From positions 11,711 through 75,710 of the forward strand of contig URIR01000003.1 of NCBI GenBank assembly GCA_900547955.1: a DNA stretch of 64,000 nucleotides, read 5' to 3'. The DNA is from an uncultured Eubacteriales bacterium. GTDB lineage: Bacteria; Bacillota; Clostridia; Christensenellales; QALW01. This document shows, piece by piece, positions 9,982-20,237 of the stretch (positions are counted from its first letter, which is position 1; each line of letters opens with the position of its first letter). Position numbers and translations under genes: made by a program. Under the pieces are notes generated by a model. That model saw only the letters and a program-made list of their open reading frames with translations. It was not told the origin of the DNA and did no database searches.

Positions 9982-10368
9982 ATGGGAAAAAGATCGGCGC
10001 TCAAAAGAGCGCGCAATGAAGAAAAGCGCGAGCAGCGCGCGCATGCAACTGCAAAATATGTGCGCATCTCCTCCAGAAAGGTACGCATTGTAATCAATCT
10101 TATCAGAGGCAAAAAGGTGGACGAGGCTCTGGCCATTCTCCGCTTCACCCCCAAAAGCGCCTCCCCCGTTGTGGAAAAGCTGCTGAATTCGGCTATAGCC
10201 AACGCGGAGCACAATCTGGGCTTATCCAGGGACACATTATATGTGGCTGAAATCTTTGCCAACCAGGGCCCCAGCCTTAAGAGGTTCATGCCCAGGGCAA
10301 AGGGCAGCGCTTCTCCCATACTCAAGAGAACCAGCCATATTACCGTGATTCTGGACGAGATTAAGTAA
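9982..10368 (+). CDS. rplV: 50S ribosomal protein L22
   Basis: uL22 pattern. The track starts at TTG 9976, but ATG 9982 has better spacing from the AAGGAGGAG RBS at 9964-9972. Confidence 0.95.
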   Translation: MGKRSALKRARNEEKREQRAHATAKYVRISSRKVRIVINLIRGKKVDEALAILRFTPKSASPVVEKLLNSAIANAEHNLGLSRDTLYVAEIFANQGPSLKRFMPRAKGSASPILKRTSHITVILDEIK

Positions 10369-10381
10369 AGGAGGCATACAG

Positions 10382-11050
10382 ATGGGTCAGAAAGTTAATC
10401 CTCACGGCGCCAGGGTTGGCGTTATAAAGGGCTGGGACGCCCGTTGGTTTGCTGATAAAAAGGAATTTGCAAACTATATAGCGGAGGACGACAGGCTCCG
10501 CAAGTATCTTAAGAAAAAGCTCTACAGCGTAGGCATATCCAAGATAGAGATTGAGCGCAAGGCCAATTCCACCACCGTTTATCTCTATACCGCAAAGCCG
10601 GGCGCTTTAATAGGCAAGGGCGGCGCTGGAATAGAGGCGCTGCGCAAGGATATCTCCGCCTTTATCGGAAGGCCGGTAAACGTAAACGTTATGGAGATAA
10701 AGAAGCCGGACATAGACGCGCAGCTTGTAGCCGAGAATATAGCGGCTCAGCTTGAAAAGCGCATAAGCTTCCGCCGCGCCATGAAGCAGGCCCTGCAGCG
10801 CGCTGTCAAGGGCGGGGCCAAGGGTATAAAAACTCAGGTTTCGGGCCGTTTGGGCGGAGCTGAAATTGCCCGCAGCGAGGGCTATCATGAGGGCAGCATT
10901 CCCCTTCAGACCCTGAGGGCGGATATAGAATACGGCTTTGCCGAGGCGCACACCACTTACGGGCGCATAGGCGTTAAGGTCTGGGTATATAAGGGCGAAG
11001 TGCTCCCCCAGGTCAAGAAGGACGACAAAGCAGCGGAAGGGGGCAAATAA
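10382..11050 (+). CDS. rpsC: 30S ribosomal protein S3
   Basis: 222 aa; MGQKVNPHG... with KH domain pattern. Confidence 0.98.
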   Translation: MGQKVNPHGARVGVIKGWDARWFADKKEFANYIAEDDRLRKYLKKKLYSVGISKIEIERKANSTTVYLYTAKPGALIGKGGAGIEALRKDISAFIGRPVNVNVMEIKKPDIDAQLVAENIAAQLEKRISFRRAMKQALQRAVKGGAKGIKTQVSGRLGGAEIARSEGYHEGSIPLQTLRADIEYGFAEAHTTYGRIGVKVWVYKGEVLPQVKKDDKAAEGGK

Positions 11051-11053
11051 GTC

Positions 11054-11494
11054 ATGTTGATGCCTAAAAGAGTTAAGAGACGGCGCGTATTCCGCGGGCG
11101 CATGAAGGGCAAGGCCCAGCGCGGCAATTTCATTGCCTACGGCGAATACGGCATAATGGCGCTGGAGCCCGCCTGGGTTACCAGCAACCAGATAGAAGCG
11201 GCCCGTATAGCTATGACCCGTTACGTCAAGCGTCAGGGCCAGGTATGGACCAAGATATTTCCCGATAAGCCGGTAACGGCTAAGCCGGCCGAGACCCGAA
11301 TGGGAAGCGGTAAGGGCTCGCCCGAATACTGGGTGGCCGTGGTTAAGCCGGGCAGGGTGCTTTTTGAGATGGGAGGCATTCCCGAGGAGTCGGCGCGCGA
11401 GGCGCTGCGCCTGGCCGCTCATAAGCTGCCCCTGAAGGTTAAATTCGTAAAGAAATCAGATTTTGAAACGGAACAGGGTGGTGACGCAGAATGA
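11054..11494 (+). CDS. rplP: 50S ribosomal protein L16
   Basis: 146 aa; [19 protein letters not shown]... matches uL16. Confidence 0.98.
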   Translation: MLMPKRVKRRRVFRGRMKGKAQRGNFIAYGEYGIMALEPAWVTSNQIEAARIAMTRYVKRQGQVWTKIFPDKPVTAKPAETRMGSGKGSPEYWVAVVKPGRVLFEMGGIPEESAREALRLAAHKLPLKVKFVKKSDFETEQGGDAE

Positions 11495-11703
11495 AATCAG
11501 AAAAAAAGGTAAGAAAGTTTTCCGACCTGACTGACGCCGAGCTTAACGATAAGCTCAAGGACCTTAAGAGCGAGCTGTTCAACCTGCGCTTCCAGAACGC
11601 CACCGGTCAGCTCCAGAATCCCATGCAGATAGGCCTTTGCAAGAAGGATATCGCCAGAGTAAAGACCTTGCTGCGCGAGCGCGAGCTGGCGCAGGCCGAG
11701 TAA
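11491..11703 (+). CDS. rpmC: 50S ribosomal protein L29
   Basis: 70 aa; ATGA overlap with rplP; uL29 pattern ([11 protein letters not shown]). Confidence 0.96.
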   Translation: MKSEKKVRKFSDLTDAELNDKLKDLKSELFNLRFQNATGQLQNPMQIGLCKKDIARVKTLLRERELAQAE

Positions 11704-11722
11704 GAAGGGAGGAGCTTAAAAA

Positions 11723-11983
11723 ATGGAAAACACGAGAAATTTCCGCAAGCAGAGAACGGGCGTAGTAGTGAGCGACAAAATGGATAAGACCATAGTCGTG
11801 GCTATAAAGACCAAGGTAAAGCATCCGCTTTACGGCAAGACTGTTAACCGCACCACCCGCTTAAAGGCGCATGACGAGAAGAACGAATGCGGCATAGGGG
11901 ATACCGTGCGCATAATGGAGACCAGGCCGTTGAGCAAGGAAAAAAGATGGAGACTGGTAGAAATAATCGAGAAGGCTAAATAA
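11723..11983 (+). CDS. rpsQ: 30S ribosomal protein S17
   Basis: 86 aa; uS17 pattern. Confidence 0.97.
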   Translation: MENTRNFRKQRTGVVVSDKMDKTIVVAIKTKVKHPLYGKTVNRTTRLKAHDEKNECGIGDTVRIMETRPLSKEKRWRLVEIIEKAK

Positions 11984-12009
11984 GCCGCTGCCGGAAGGAG
12001 GCAATAATT

Positions 12010-12378
12010 ATGATTCAACCTCAGACAAGATTGCAGGTTGCCGATAACACAGGCGCTAAGGAAATCATGTGCATCCGTGTGCTGGGCGGCTCGTTCAGGC
12101 GCCACGGCGGCATAGGAGACACCATAGTCGCATCTGTAAAGAGCGCCGCTCCGGGCGGCGTAGTCAAAAAGGGAGACGTGGTCAAGGCGGTTATAGTACG
12201 CACGACCAAGGCCAAGCGCCGCCCCGACGGGACGTACATCCGCTTTGACGATAACGCGGCCGTTATAATCAACGACCAGAAAATGCCCAGGGGCACCCGT
12301 ATATTCGGGCCCATAGCCCGCGAGCTGCGCGAAAAGGACTATATGAAGATAATTTCGCTGGCTCCCGAAGTCTTATAA
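12010..12378 (+). CDS. rplN: 50S ribosomal protein L14
   Basis: 122 aa; [18 protein letters not shown]... matches uL14. Confidence 0.98.
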   Translation: MIQPQTRLQVADNTGAKEIMCIRVLGGSFRRHGGIGDTIVASVKSAAPGGVVKKGDVVKAVIVRTTKAKRRPDGTYIRFDDNAAVIINDQKMPRGTRIFGPIARELREKDYMKIISLAPEVL

Positions 12379-12391
12379 GGAGGCGCCGACG

Positions 12392-12754
12392 ATGAAGATT
12401 AAAAAGGGCGATAAAGTCAGGATAATCACCGGCAAGGACAAATACCGCGCCGATAATAAGGAAACCTACGAGCACGAGGTGCTTGCCTGCTATCCCAAGG
12501 AGAACCGCATACTGGTTAAGGATGTGAACGTGGTTACCCGTCACACCAAGCCCCGCAAGGCGGGCCAGGCGGGCGGCAGGATTAAAAAGGAAGCTCCCAT
12601 AGACGCTTCAAACGCGATGGTTATATGCCCCAAGTGCGGACAGCCTACCCGAGTGGGCTACCGTGTTGAAAAGCAGGGGGATAAGGCCGTTAAGGTGCGC
12701 GTCTGCAAGAAAAAGGTGGACGGCGTTCCCTGCGGCGCGTCTCTGGATAAGTAA
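12392..12754 (+). CDS. rplX: 50S ribosomal protein L24 (Cys-containing C-terminal form)
   Basis: 120 aa; KOW N-terminus; the C-terminal part has CPKCG...[12 protein letters not shown]. Confidence 0.95.
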   Translation: MKIKKGDKVRIITGKDKYRADNKETYEHEVLACYPKENRILVKDVNVVTRHTKPRKAGQAGGRIKKEAPIDASNAMVICPKCGQPTRVGYRVEKQGDKAVKVRVCKKKVDGVPCGASLDK

Positions 12755-12776
12755 GGAAAGGGAGGTAAAAATTCAA

Positions 12777-13316
12777 ATGGCAAGATTGAAGGATAAATAT
12801 AAGTCCGAGATTGCCGGGGCCATGCAGCAGAAGTTCGGCTATAAGAACATAATGCAGATACCCAAGCTGGATAAAATAGTTATCAATATGGGTCTGGGCA
12901 ACGTTAAGGACGATTCTAAGAAATTTGAAGCCGCCGTTTCCGAGCTTGCGCTTATAGCGGGCCAGAGGCCGTTAATAACCAAGTCCAAGAAGTCGGTTGC
13001 AAATTTCAAGGTGCGCCAGGGCATGAATATAGGCGCAAAGGTTACGCTGCGCGGCGACCGCATGTATGAATTTGCAGATAAGCTGGTTAATATATGTATT
13101 CCCCGCATACGCGATTTCCACGGCGTTTCCCCCAAGGGCTTTGACGGCCGCGGCAATTACGCGCTGGGCATCAAGGAGCAGCTTATATTCCCCGAAATAG
13201 AATATGATAAGATTGACCAGGTAAGAGGCATGGATATAATCTTTGTCACCACGGCAGAGACGGACGAGGAAGCCAAGGAGCTGCTTCGCCTGATGGGCAT
13301 GCCCTTCAGCGCTTAA
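12777..13316 (+). CDS. rplE: 50S ribosomal protein L5
   Basis: The track ORF (12663) is over-extended. ATG at 12777 gives [12 protein letters not shown]..., the canonical uL5 N-terminus (179 aa). Confidence 0.96.
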   Translation: MARLKDKYKSEIAGAMQQKFGYKNIMQIPKLDKIVINMGLGNVKDDSKKFEAAVSELALIAGQRPLITKSKKSVANFKVRQGMNIGAKVTLRGDRMYEFADKLVNICIPRIRDFHGVSPKGFDGRGNYALGIKEQLIFPEIEYDKIDQVRGMDIIFVTTAETDEEAKELLRLMGMPFSA

Positions 13317-13336
13317 GAGAGGGAGGATTTCAGAAA

Positions 13337-13522
13337 ATGGCTAAAAAAAGCATGATAAACAAGCAGCAGAGGACTCCCAAATACTCCACCAGGGCTTATA
13401 CCCGCTGCCGGATATGCGGACGGCCTCACGCCGTGCTGCGCAAATACGGAATCTGCCGTATCTGCTTCAGGGAGCTGGCCTACCGCGGCCAGATACCCGG
13501 CGTGCGCAAGGCAAGCTGGTAA
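13337..13522 (+). CDS. rpsN: 30S ribosomal protein S14, short zinc-binding type
   Basis: 61 aa with CRICGRP...CRICFRE. Confidence 0.97.
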   Translation: MAKKSMINKQQRTPKYSTRAYTRCRICGRPHAVLRKYGICRICFRELAYRGQIPGVRKASW

Positions 13523-13555
13523 GAGCGTTAATGATTTGAGAGGAGGAAATCTAAA

Positions 13556-13954
13556 ATGGTTGTTACAGATCCTATCGCGGATATGCTCACCAGAATCAGG
13601 AACGCTCTGGTAGCAAAGCACGAGACGGTGGACGTCCCCGCTTCCAATATGAAAAAGGCCGTTGCGCAGATTCTGCTCAGCGAGGGCTTTATAAAGGGCG
13701 TTGAGGTTATAGAGGACGGCGTTCAGGGCACCCTGAAGCTGACCCTTAAATACGGCGCCGGCAAGGAACGGGTTATATCGGGCCTTAAGCGCATAAGCAC
13801 CCCTGGCCTGAGAATATATGCAAGATGCGAAGAGCTCCCCAAGGTGCTGGGCGGAATGGGCATAGCCTTAATTTCCACCAGCAAGGGAGTAATGACGGAC
13901 AGTCAAGCCCGTAAGCTGGGCGTAGGCGGCGAAGTGCTCGCTTATGTCTGGTAA
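13556..13954 (+). CDS. rpsH: 30S ribosomal protein S8
   Basis: 132 aa; [13 protein letters not shown] matches uS8. Confidence 0.98.
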   Translation: MVVTDPIADMLTRIRNALVAKHETVDVPASNMKKAVAQILLSEGFIKGVEVIEDGVQGTLKLTLKYGAGKERVISGLKRISTPGLRIYARCEELPKVLGGMGIALISTSKGVMTDSQARKLGVGGEVLAYVW

Positions 13955-13981
13955 CGGCGGAAAATGCGGAGGTAATTTATT

Positions 13982-14524
13982 ATGTCAAGAATAGGTAAGC
14001 TCCCTGTAATTGTTCCCGCCGGGGTTACCGTAACGGTAGACTCAGAAAATAACGTCACCGTTAAGGGGCCCAAGGGCACTCTTACCGAGAGCATCAGCAA
14101 GGAAATAGAAATTAAGCAGGAGGACGGCCAGATTTTAGTGAGCCGCAAGGGCGATTCAAAGCTTCAGCGCTCCCTGCACGGCCTCTCCAGAACCCTCGTC
14201 AGCAATATGGTGACGGGCGTGACCAACGGCTATGAGAAGGCGCTTGAGATTCAGGGCGTAGGCTACCGCGCCGCTAAGCAGGGCAAGAAACTGGTTCTGA
14301 ACGTAGGGTATTCCCATCCTGTGGAGATTGAGGAGACCGCGGATATTTCAATAGACGTGCCCGCGCAGAACAAGATAGTTATTAAGGGCATCAATAAGCA
14401 GAAGGTCGGACAGTTTGCGGCCGATGTGCGCAATGTGCGCAAGCCCGAGGTATATCATGGCAAGGGTATCCGCTATGAGGGCGAATATGTCCCGCTCAAA
14501 GAGGGAAAGACGGGTAAGAAGTAA
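13982..14524 (+). CDS. rplF: 50S ribosomal protein L6
   Basis: 180 aa; MSRIGKLPV... matches uL6. Confidence 0.98.
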   Translation: MSRIGKLPVIVPAGVTVTVDSENNVTVKGPKGTLTESISKEIEIKQEDGQILVSRKGDSKLQRSLHGLSRTLVSNMVTGVTNGYEKALEIQGVGYRAAKQGKKLVLNVGYSHPVEIEETADISIDVPAQNKIVIKGINKQKVGQFAADVRNVRKPEVYHGKGIRYEGEYVPLKEGKTGKK

Positions 14525-14542
14525 GAAAGGAGAGGCAATAGG

Positions 14543-14911
14543 ATGATTAAGAAGAAGGACAAGAATCTTGACCGCCTTGCGCGTCATGCGCGCGTGCGCA
14601 AAAAGATTTCGGGTACGGCCGAGAGGCCCAGGCTGAACGTTTACCGCAGCCTCAATCATATCTATACTCAGGTAATAGACGACGCCGCCGGAAATACTCT
14701 TGCCGCCGCCTCCACCGTTGAGAAGGAGATAGCTTCTCAGGTACAGGATATGACTAAGACTGAGGCCGCGAAGCTTATAGGAAAGATTATCGCCCAGCGC
14801 GCCCAGGAAAAGGGCATCAAGCAGGTTGTTTTTGACAGAGGGGGCTACCTCTATACCGGCCGTGTCGCCGCGGTGGCTGAAAGCGCGCGCGAAGCGGGCC
14901 TGGAGTTCTAA
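14543..14911 (+). CDS. rplR: 50S ribosomal protein L18
   Basis: 122 aa; uL18 pattern. Confidence 0.97.
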   Translation: MIKKKDKNLDRLARHARVRKKISGTAERPRLNVYRSLNHIYTQVIDDAAGNTLAAASTVEKEIASQVQDMTKTEAAKLIGKIIAQRAQEKGIKQVVFDRGGYLYTGRVAAVAESAREAGLEF

Positions 14912-14929
14912 AAGGAGGATTTTATAAAA

Positions 14930-15433
14930 ATGCAGAATAAGATTGACCCCAAAACGCTTGATTTAAAGGAAAAGCTGGTTTGCATCAACCGCGTCGCCAA
15001 GACGGTTAAGGGCGGCCGCAACATGCGCATGGCCGCGCTGGTGGTAGTAGGCGACGGCAACGGCTATGTAGGCGTGGGCAGCGGTAAGGCTTTGGAAGTG
15101 CCCGAGGCCATACGCAAGGCGACTGAGGACGCCAAGAAAAACCTTATAAAGGTTCCGGTTGTGGGCACCACCATTCCTCACGAAACCATAGGCAAATTCG
15201 GACGGGGCGAAGTGCTGCTTATGCCCGCTCCTGAAGGTACTGGAGTTATTTCGGGCGGAAGCGTGCGCGCGGTGCTCGAATTGGCCGGAGTAAGGGATAT
15301 CCGTACTAAGTGCCTGGGCTCCAATAACCCGGCCAACTGCATAAAGGCGACTTTGGCGGGGCTGGCCTCGCTTAAGACGGCTGAGGAATATGCCCGGCTG
15401 CGCGGCAAGACCACCGAAGAAATACTTGGCTGA
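14930..15433 (+). CDS. rpsE: 30S ribosomal protein S5
   Basis: 167 aa; uS5 pattern ([13 protein letters not shown]). Confidence 0.98.
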   Translation: MQNKIDPKTLDLKEKLVCINRVAKTVKGGRNMRMAALVVVGDGNGYVGVGSGKALEVPEAIRKATEDAKKNLIKVPVVGTTIPHETIGKFGRGEVLLMPAPEGTGVISGGSVRAVLELAGVRDIRTKCLGSNNPANCIKATLAGLASLKTAEEYARLRGKTTEEILG

Positions 15434-15532
15434 GAAGCAAAAGAATTTTTTCGGGGATGATGTCCGGCCGCATTCAGGGACGGATATAAATTAGGCGCAG
15501 GGGCGCGTTAGCGCGTGTTTATGGGCGTTCAG

Positions 15533-15700
15533 GTATGCAGGCGGAATGCGGACATGCGAGTATGCGGGCGCTCGAGTATACAGGCAGATATGCGGACATG
15601 AAGGCGGTTCGGGCGTTCGGGTATACAGGCAGGCATGCGGACATGCGAGTATGCGGGCGCTCGAGTATGCAGGCAGGTATGCGGACATGCGGGCGTTCGG
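15533..15700. repeat. GC-rich degenerate tandem repeat inside the rpsE-rpmD spacer
   Basis: Four 36-45 bp units start at 15533, 15576, 15621 and 15665. Each opens with GTAT(G/A)CAGGC(G/A)G..ATGCGGACATG. Units 1 and 3 also share gcgagtatgcgggcgctcga, giving a higher-order repeat of about 88 bp. Confidence 0.85.
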
Positions 15701-15952
15701 ATATGCGAACGCGGATTAGCCGCGGGCCGGGCATAGCGGCGCGAGCTGGCTTTGACCTCTCTTAACGCTAAGATTGCCTGTGGGCCGCGGAATACCAGCG
15801 TCAGGAGGCTGGCAGAATTTTAGACGCCCGGCGGAGCTTTATACGATAAATTATAAAGCGCGGATTATGCGCCTGTATTTGAAACCGTGCCGGCTGCGGG
15901 CCGCCGCGGGCAAAGCGCGGATGCTACTTTCAATAAGGAAAGGTATGATTAT

Positions 15953-16135
15953 ATGAAACTGAAGGTTACCCTTTTAAAGAGCACTATAGGATGCAAGCCC
16001 GATCAGATAGCCACAGTAAAGGCTCTGGGGCTGAAGAAGATTCGCTCCACAGTTGTTAAGGAGGACAATCCGGCTATGCGCGGAATGGTCTTTAAGGTTA
16101 AGCATCTTGTGGGCGTGGAGGAAATAGAGGATTAA
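15953..16135 (+). CDS. rpmD: 50S ribosomal protein L30
   Basis: The track ORF (15887) is over-extended. ATG at 15953 follows AAGGAAAGG and gives [18 protein letters not shown]..., a 60-aa uL30. Confidence 0.95.
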   Translation: MKLKVTLLKSTIGCKPDQIATVKALGLKKIRSTVVKEDNPAMRGMVFKVKHLVGVEEIED

Positions 16136-16195
16136 ATTTCAGAATCCTCCTAAAAATCTAGGCCCGTAAGGGCGGACAGAAAGGTATGAGATGAA

Positions 16196-16642
16196 ATGAA
16201 GCTTCACGAGTTACAGCCGGCACCCGGCTCAGTTAAGGCTCCCAAGCGTCTGGGCCGCGGCGTAGGCTCCGGCCTGGGCAAGACCTCGGGCAAAGGCCAT
16301 AAGGGACAGAACGCCCGCAGCGGCGGCGGAGTGCGCCCCGGCTTTGAGGGCGGGCAGCATCCGCTGATACGCCGTATCCCCAAGCGCGGCTTTAACAATA
16401 ACTTCAGGAAGGTTTACACCCAGATAAACGTAAGCGCCCTGGAGGGATTTGACAACGGCGCGACCATTACCCCCGAGGTGCTGGTTTCGGCAGGCATAGT
16501 ACGGAAAGTAGAAAAAGATGGCATAAAAATCCTTGGCAACGGCGAGCTTACTAAGAGCCTCACGGTCAAGGCTGCTGGCTTTACCTCCACAGCCCAAGCA
16601 AAAATAGAGGCTAACGGAGGAAAGGCAGAGGTGATTGAATAA
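16196..16642 (+). CDS. rplO: 50S ribosomal protein L15
   Basis: 148 aa; [12 protein letters not shown]... matches uL15. Confidence 0.98.
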   Translation: MKLHELQPAPGSVKAPKRLGRGVGSGLGKTSGKGHKGQNARSGGGVRPGFEGGQHPLIRRIPKRGFNNNFRKVYTQINVSALEGFDNGATITPEVLVSAGIVRKVEKDGIKILGNGELTKSLTVKAAGFTSTAQAKIEANGGKAEVIE

Positions 16643-17955
16643 TGTTTGAGGTACTCAGGAACGCATGGCGGGTTAAGGATTTGCGCAGGAAGCTGCTTTA
16701 TACCATAATGATGCTCCTGCTCTTCAGACTCTGCACCTATATTCCCACGCCCTTTATAGACCAGTCGGTTATAAAGGAGGCTGTGGGCGCCAATTCCGGC
16801 TGGGGCGTTATAGATATAATTACGGGCGGCTCCCTTTCGGGCTATACCTTTATGGCCATGGGCATTACTCCCTATATCAACGCCTCCATTATCCTTCAGC
16901 TGCTGACGGTGGTTATTCCCCGCTTAGAGCAGCTTTCTAAAGAAGGCCCTGAGGGACGTAAAAAAATTACGCAGTACACCCGCTATCTGGGCATCGCCCT
17001 GGCGTTTGTGCAGGCGGTGGGCATATGCATGTCCTTTGGTTCAAGCGCGATTGTCTCTACCTTTAGGGACAATCTGTTCCTGGTTTATGTGATAATCGGC
17101 CTTACCCTGACGGCAGGCTCGGCTCTGGCCATATGGATGGGCGAGCGCATAACTGAAAACGGCATAGGCAACGGCATATCCATGCTTATATTCATAGGCA
17201 TTATCGCCCGCCTGCCCTCGACGGTTATAGCGTATGTTCAGCAGGCGGCCGAGCAGGCGCGCGGCGGCAACGCCGCTCTTTGGTGGATACTGCCCTTCAT
17301 AGTTCTGGGCGTGGCCGCGCTGGTGGTTATCATAGTGCGCGTGGATTTAGGAGAGCGCAGGATACCCGTTCAATATGCAAAGCGCATTTCGGGCCGCAAG
17401 GTATACGGCGGACAGAGCACCTACATACCCATGAAGCCCAACGGCGCCGGCGTGCTGCCTTTGATTTTCGCCATGAGCTTTTTGGCTTTCCCCAACATAA
17501 TTATAAAGATGTTCTGGCCCCATGTGGTGTGGTATGACAACTGGCTGGGCGCGGGCACCCCGCTTTACGCCGTACTGAGCGTAGTACTGGTGCTGTTCTT
17601 CGCCTATTTCTACGCTTCCATATCCTTTAATCCGGAGGATACGGCCAACGACATACAGAAGTACGGCGGATTTATCCAGGGCATACGTCCGGGCAAGCCG
17701 ACCAGCGATTATTTAAAGAAGATAAACCGCAGGCTTACTCTCTTTGCAGGCTTGTTCCTTGCGGGAATAGCCGTGCTGCCCATGATAATAAGCGCGTGCC
17801 TGGGCCGCATGGAGAACAGCGCGCCTATACTTAACCTGGCGCTGACCTTCTCCTCAACCGGCTTATTGATACTTACCAGCGTTTCCATTGAGGTAACCAA
17901 GCAGCTTGAGGCGCAGCTTGTAATGAATCACTACAAGGGATTTTTGGATAAATAA
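16642..17955 (+). CDS. secY: Preprotein translocase subunit SecY
   Basis: 437-aa polytopic membrane protein in the conserved position after rplO; TAATG overlap. Confidence 0.97.
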   Translation: MFEVLRNAWRVKDLRRKLLYTIMMLLLFRLCTYIPTPFIDQSVIKEAVGANSGWGVIDIITGGSLSGYTFMAMGITPYINASIILQLLTVVIPRLEQLSKEGPEGRKKITQYTRYLGIALAFVQAVGICMSFGSSAIVSTFRDNLFLVYVIIGLTLTAGSALAIWMGERITENGIGNGISMLIFIGIIARLPSTVIAYVQQAAEQARGGNAALWWILPFIVLGVAALVVIIVRVDLGERRIPVQYAKRISGRKVYGGQSTYIPMKPNGAGVLPLIFAMSFLAFPNIIIKMFWPHVVWYDNWLGAGTPLYAVLSVVLVLFFAYFYASISFNPEDTANDIQKYGGFIQGIRPGKPTSDYLKKINRRLTLFAGLFLAGIAVLPMIISACLGRMENSAPILNLALTFSSTGLLILTSVSIEVTKQLEAQLVMNHYKGFLDK

Positions 17956-18135
17956 CAGTATTTTTGCTCGAAGAGGGCGCGCATATCCGTGCGATTTGCC
18001 CTCTGCGGGCTTAGACTGTCTATTGGCGCTGTCCCGGCCCATTGCGACGCTGCTGTTTTTTAAAAAGTCATTCTGCCCGCAGGCGGAAATGGCTGCTTAT
18101 GAGGGCCGAATTTAGCAATAACGAAAGGAACGCCT

Positions 18136-18759
18136 ATGAAATTAATCATGCTGGGGGCTCCCGGCGCCGGCAAGGGCACGCAGGCGTCTCTGCTGGCCGG
18201 GCTTTACAACATACCCCATATATCCACGGGAGATATCTTCCGGGACAATATAAAGAGAGGGACTCCTGTAGGCAGGGAGGTCAAATTGATAATAGACGCA
18301 GGCGCGCTGGTTCCTGACGATTTAACCATCTGCCTTGTCAAGGAGCGCCTTTCGCAGGCGGACTGTGCCGGAGGCTATCTGCTGGACGGATTTCCGCGCA
18401 ATCTTTATCAGGCCGAGTCATTAGAGAGCATTAATCCTCCCGATGTGGCGGTGAACGTAGAGATAGACCAGGATATATTAGTGGACCGCCTGGCGGGCAG
18501 GAGAGCTTGCTCGGCCTGCGGAGGCACATATCACATTTCCTCCGTTCCCTCCGAGATATGTCCGGTTTGCGGCGAGACTCTTGCTGTACGGCCGGACGAC
18601 GTTCCCGAGACTATTCGCAGGCGTCTGGAGATATATAACAGCCAGACCGCTCCCCTTATCGCCTTTTACAGGCAGCTGGGCAAGCTGCTGGACATAAACG
18701 GCAATCAGCCCATAGAAAAGGTATGCGGAGATATAGTGGAGGGATTGAGAAAGGAATAA
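18136..18759 (+). CDS. adk: Adenylate kinase (zinc-lid type)
   Basis: 207 aa; P-loop GAPGAGKGTQ; lid cysteines CSACG...CPVCG. Confidence 0.97.
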   Translation: MKLIMLGAPGAGKGTQASLLAGLYNIPHISTGDIFRDNIKRGTPVGREVKLIIDAGALVPDDLTICLVKERLSQADCAGGYLLDGFPRNLYQAESLESINPPDVAVNVEIDQDILVDRLAGRRACSACGGTYHISSVPSEICPVCGETLAVRPDDVPETIRRRLEIYNSQTAPLIAFYRQLGKLLDINGNQPIEKVCGDIVEGLRKE

Positions 18760-19517
18760 TGCTTTATATCAAGACTCTGAGCAATATTCGGGCGATGGCC
18801 GAGGGCGGCCGCCTGCTTTATGAAACGCTGGAGCTTTTAAAAAGCGAAATCCGCCCTGGAATAAGCACAAAAGACTTGAATAAATCGGCCGAATGTTATA
18901 TAATAAAAAACGGCGCTGTTCCCGGATTTAAGGGATACGGCGGTTTCCCTGCGGGAGTATGCATATCTGTCAACGAGCAGGTTATACACGGGATACCCTC
19001 GGGACGCACGCTTAAGAGGGGGGATATAGTATCCCTGGACGCGGGCGTGTATTATAAGGGCTTTCATACCGACGCGGCCCGCACCTATGCCGTGGGCGAA
19101 TGCTCAAATGAGGCGCAGGCGCTTATGGACGCGGCGGAGCAGTCCTTTTATCGGGGCTTTCAAAAGGCTCGGACAGGGAATCGCATTTCGGATATTTCCC
19201 ACGCTGTGGAGGAATATATAAAGCCTTTGGGCTACGGTATAGTCCGGGATTTTACCGGGCATGGAGTGGGCTTTGAACTGCATGAGGACCCGGCGATACC
19301 CAATTACGGCAAACCGGGGCACGGACTGCGCATTCAGGAGGGCATGACCCTTGCTATTGAGCCTATGATAACGCTGGGAAGCGGGGACGTCAGGATTCTT
19401 TCGGACGGCTGGACTACAGTTACCCGCGACGGCTCCTGCGCGGCTCACTATGAAAATACCGTGGCCGTTGTGGACGGCGCGCCGGTAATTCTGACCGCTC
19501 CCGACGTTTCCATATAA
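18759..19517 (+). CDS. map: Methionine aminopeptidase type I
   Basis: The track ORF starts too early. ATG at 18759 (TAATG overlap with adk) gives MLYIKTLSNIRAMAEGGRL..., the canonical MAP N-terminus. Confidence 0.95.
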   Translation: MLYIKTLSNIRAMAEGGRLLYETLELLKSEIRPGISTKDLNKSAECYIIKNGAVPGFKGYGGFPAGVCISVNEQVIHGIPSGRTLKRGDIVSLDAGVYYKGFHTDAARTYAVGECSNEAQALMDAAEQSFYRGFQKARTGNRISDISHAVEEYIKPLGYGIVRDFTGHGVGFELHEDPAIPNYGKPGHGLRIQEGMTLAIEPMITLGSGDVRILSDGWTTVTRDGSCAAHYENTVAVVDGAPVILTAPDVSI

Positions 19518-19534
19518 GGCTTGCGGAGGTTGCT

Positions 19535-19828
19535 TTGAAGGAAGAGAATTTTCAGATTGGCCGGCTGGTGCGTTCCCGCCAGGGCCGCGACGCCGGCAGG
19601 TATTTTGTAATAACCGGCCTGCCTGAAGAGAATTACGCATATATTTCGGACGGGGCCGTGCGCAGGCTAAGCGCGCCCAAAAAGAAGAAATTAAAGCACC
19701 TGGAGCTTTGCCCGGAGGAAATACCGGCCGTAAGGGCCAAGCTGGAAGCAGGCAGCAAGGTTTTTGACAGCGAGCTGAAGAGCGCTATAGAAGCTCTGGG
19801 CTTTAATATCAAACAAAAACAGGAGTGA
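19535..19828 (+). CDS. KOW-domain RNA-binding protein
   Basis: 97 aa with a TTG start. It occupies the map-infA slot, as in many Clostridia, and has the [21 protein letters not shown]-like pattern. Confidence 0.8.
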   Translation: MKEENFQIGRLVRSRQGRDAGRYFVITGLPEENYAYISDGAVRRLSAPKKKKLKHLELCPEEIPAVRAKLEAGSKVFDSELKSAIEALGFNIKQKQE

Positions 19829-19832
19829 GCCG

Positions 19833-20054
19833 ATGGCAAAGGAAGATGTAATGGAACTTGAGGGCGTAGTGGAGGAAACCATGCGCAACGCGGTATTTCA
19901 AGTAAGGCTGGAAAACGGGCACTGCATACAGGCCCATCTGGCTGGGAAGCTGCGCATGCATAATATACAGGTGCTGCCCGGAGACCATGTGACGGTGGAG
20001 ATATCTCCCTACGACCTTACAAAGGGCCGTATCATATGGAGGAGCAAGGGCTGA
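19833..20054 (+). CDS. infA: Translation initiation factor IF-1
   Basis: 73 aa; [15 protein letters not shown]...S1-like fold pattern. Confidence 0.98.
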   Translation: MAKEDVMELEGVVEETMRNAVFQVRLENGHCIQAHLAGKLRMHNIQVLPGDHVTVEISPYDLTKGRIIWRSKG

Positions 20055-20120
20055 GCGGAGATACCGCTTTATTAAACAGGCTGCCGCGTTTCGGGCAGGA
20101 ATTTTAAGGAGGAAACAAAA

Positions 20121-20237
20121 ATGAAGGTAAGGCCAAGCGTTAAGCCAATGTGCGACAAATGCAAGATAATAAAGAGAAAAGGCAAGGTTATGGTAATATG
20201 CCCTGCCGATAAGAGCCATAAGCAGAGACAGGGCTGA
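20121..20237 (+). CDS. rpmJ: 50S ribosomal protein L36
   Basis: Not in the ORF track (38 aa). ATG at 20121 follows AAGGAGGAAAC. The translation [38 protein letters not shown] is bL36. Confidence 0.96.
   Translation: MKVRPSVKPMCDKCKIIKRKGKVMVICPADKSHKQRQG

Noticed and set aside
12392-12754. Cys4 motif in L24 as a novel zinc ribbon.
   Set aside because: The same segment exists without cysteines in Bacillus L24. This looks like the familiar C+/C- variation of ribosomal proteins and is not unusual.
15533-15700. Tandem arrays (also 43330-43543 and 48475-48670) considered as CRISPR arrays.
   Set aside because: The units are contiguous and degenerate with no unique spacers between conserved repeats. 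The period of about 40 bp is a whole unit, not repeat plus spacer. No cas genes or leader are present.
15491-15765. ORFs on both strands across the rpsE-rpmD repeat (for example MQAECGHASMRALEYTGRYADMK...).
   Set aside because: The translations are periodic copies of the DNA repeat on both strands. There is no RBS, and they are not plausible proteins.
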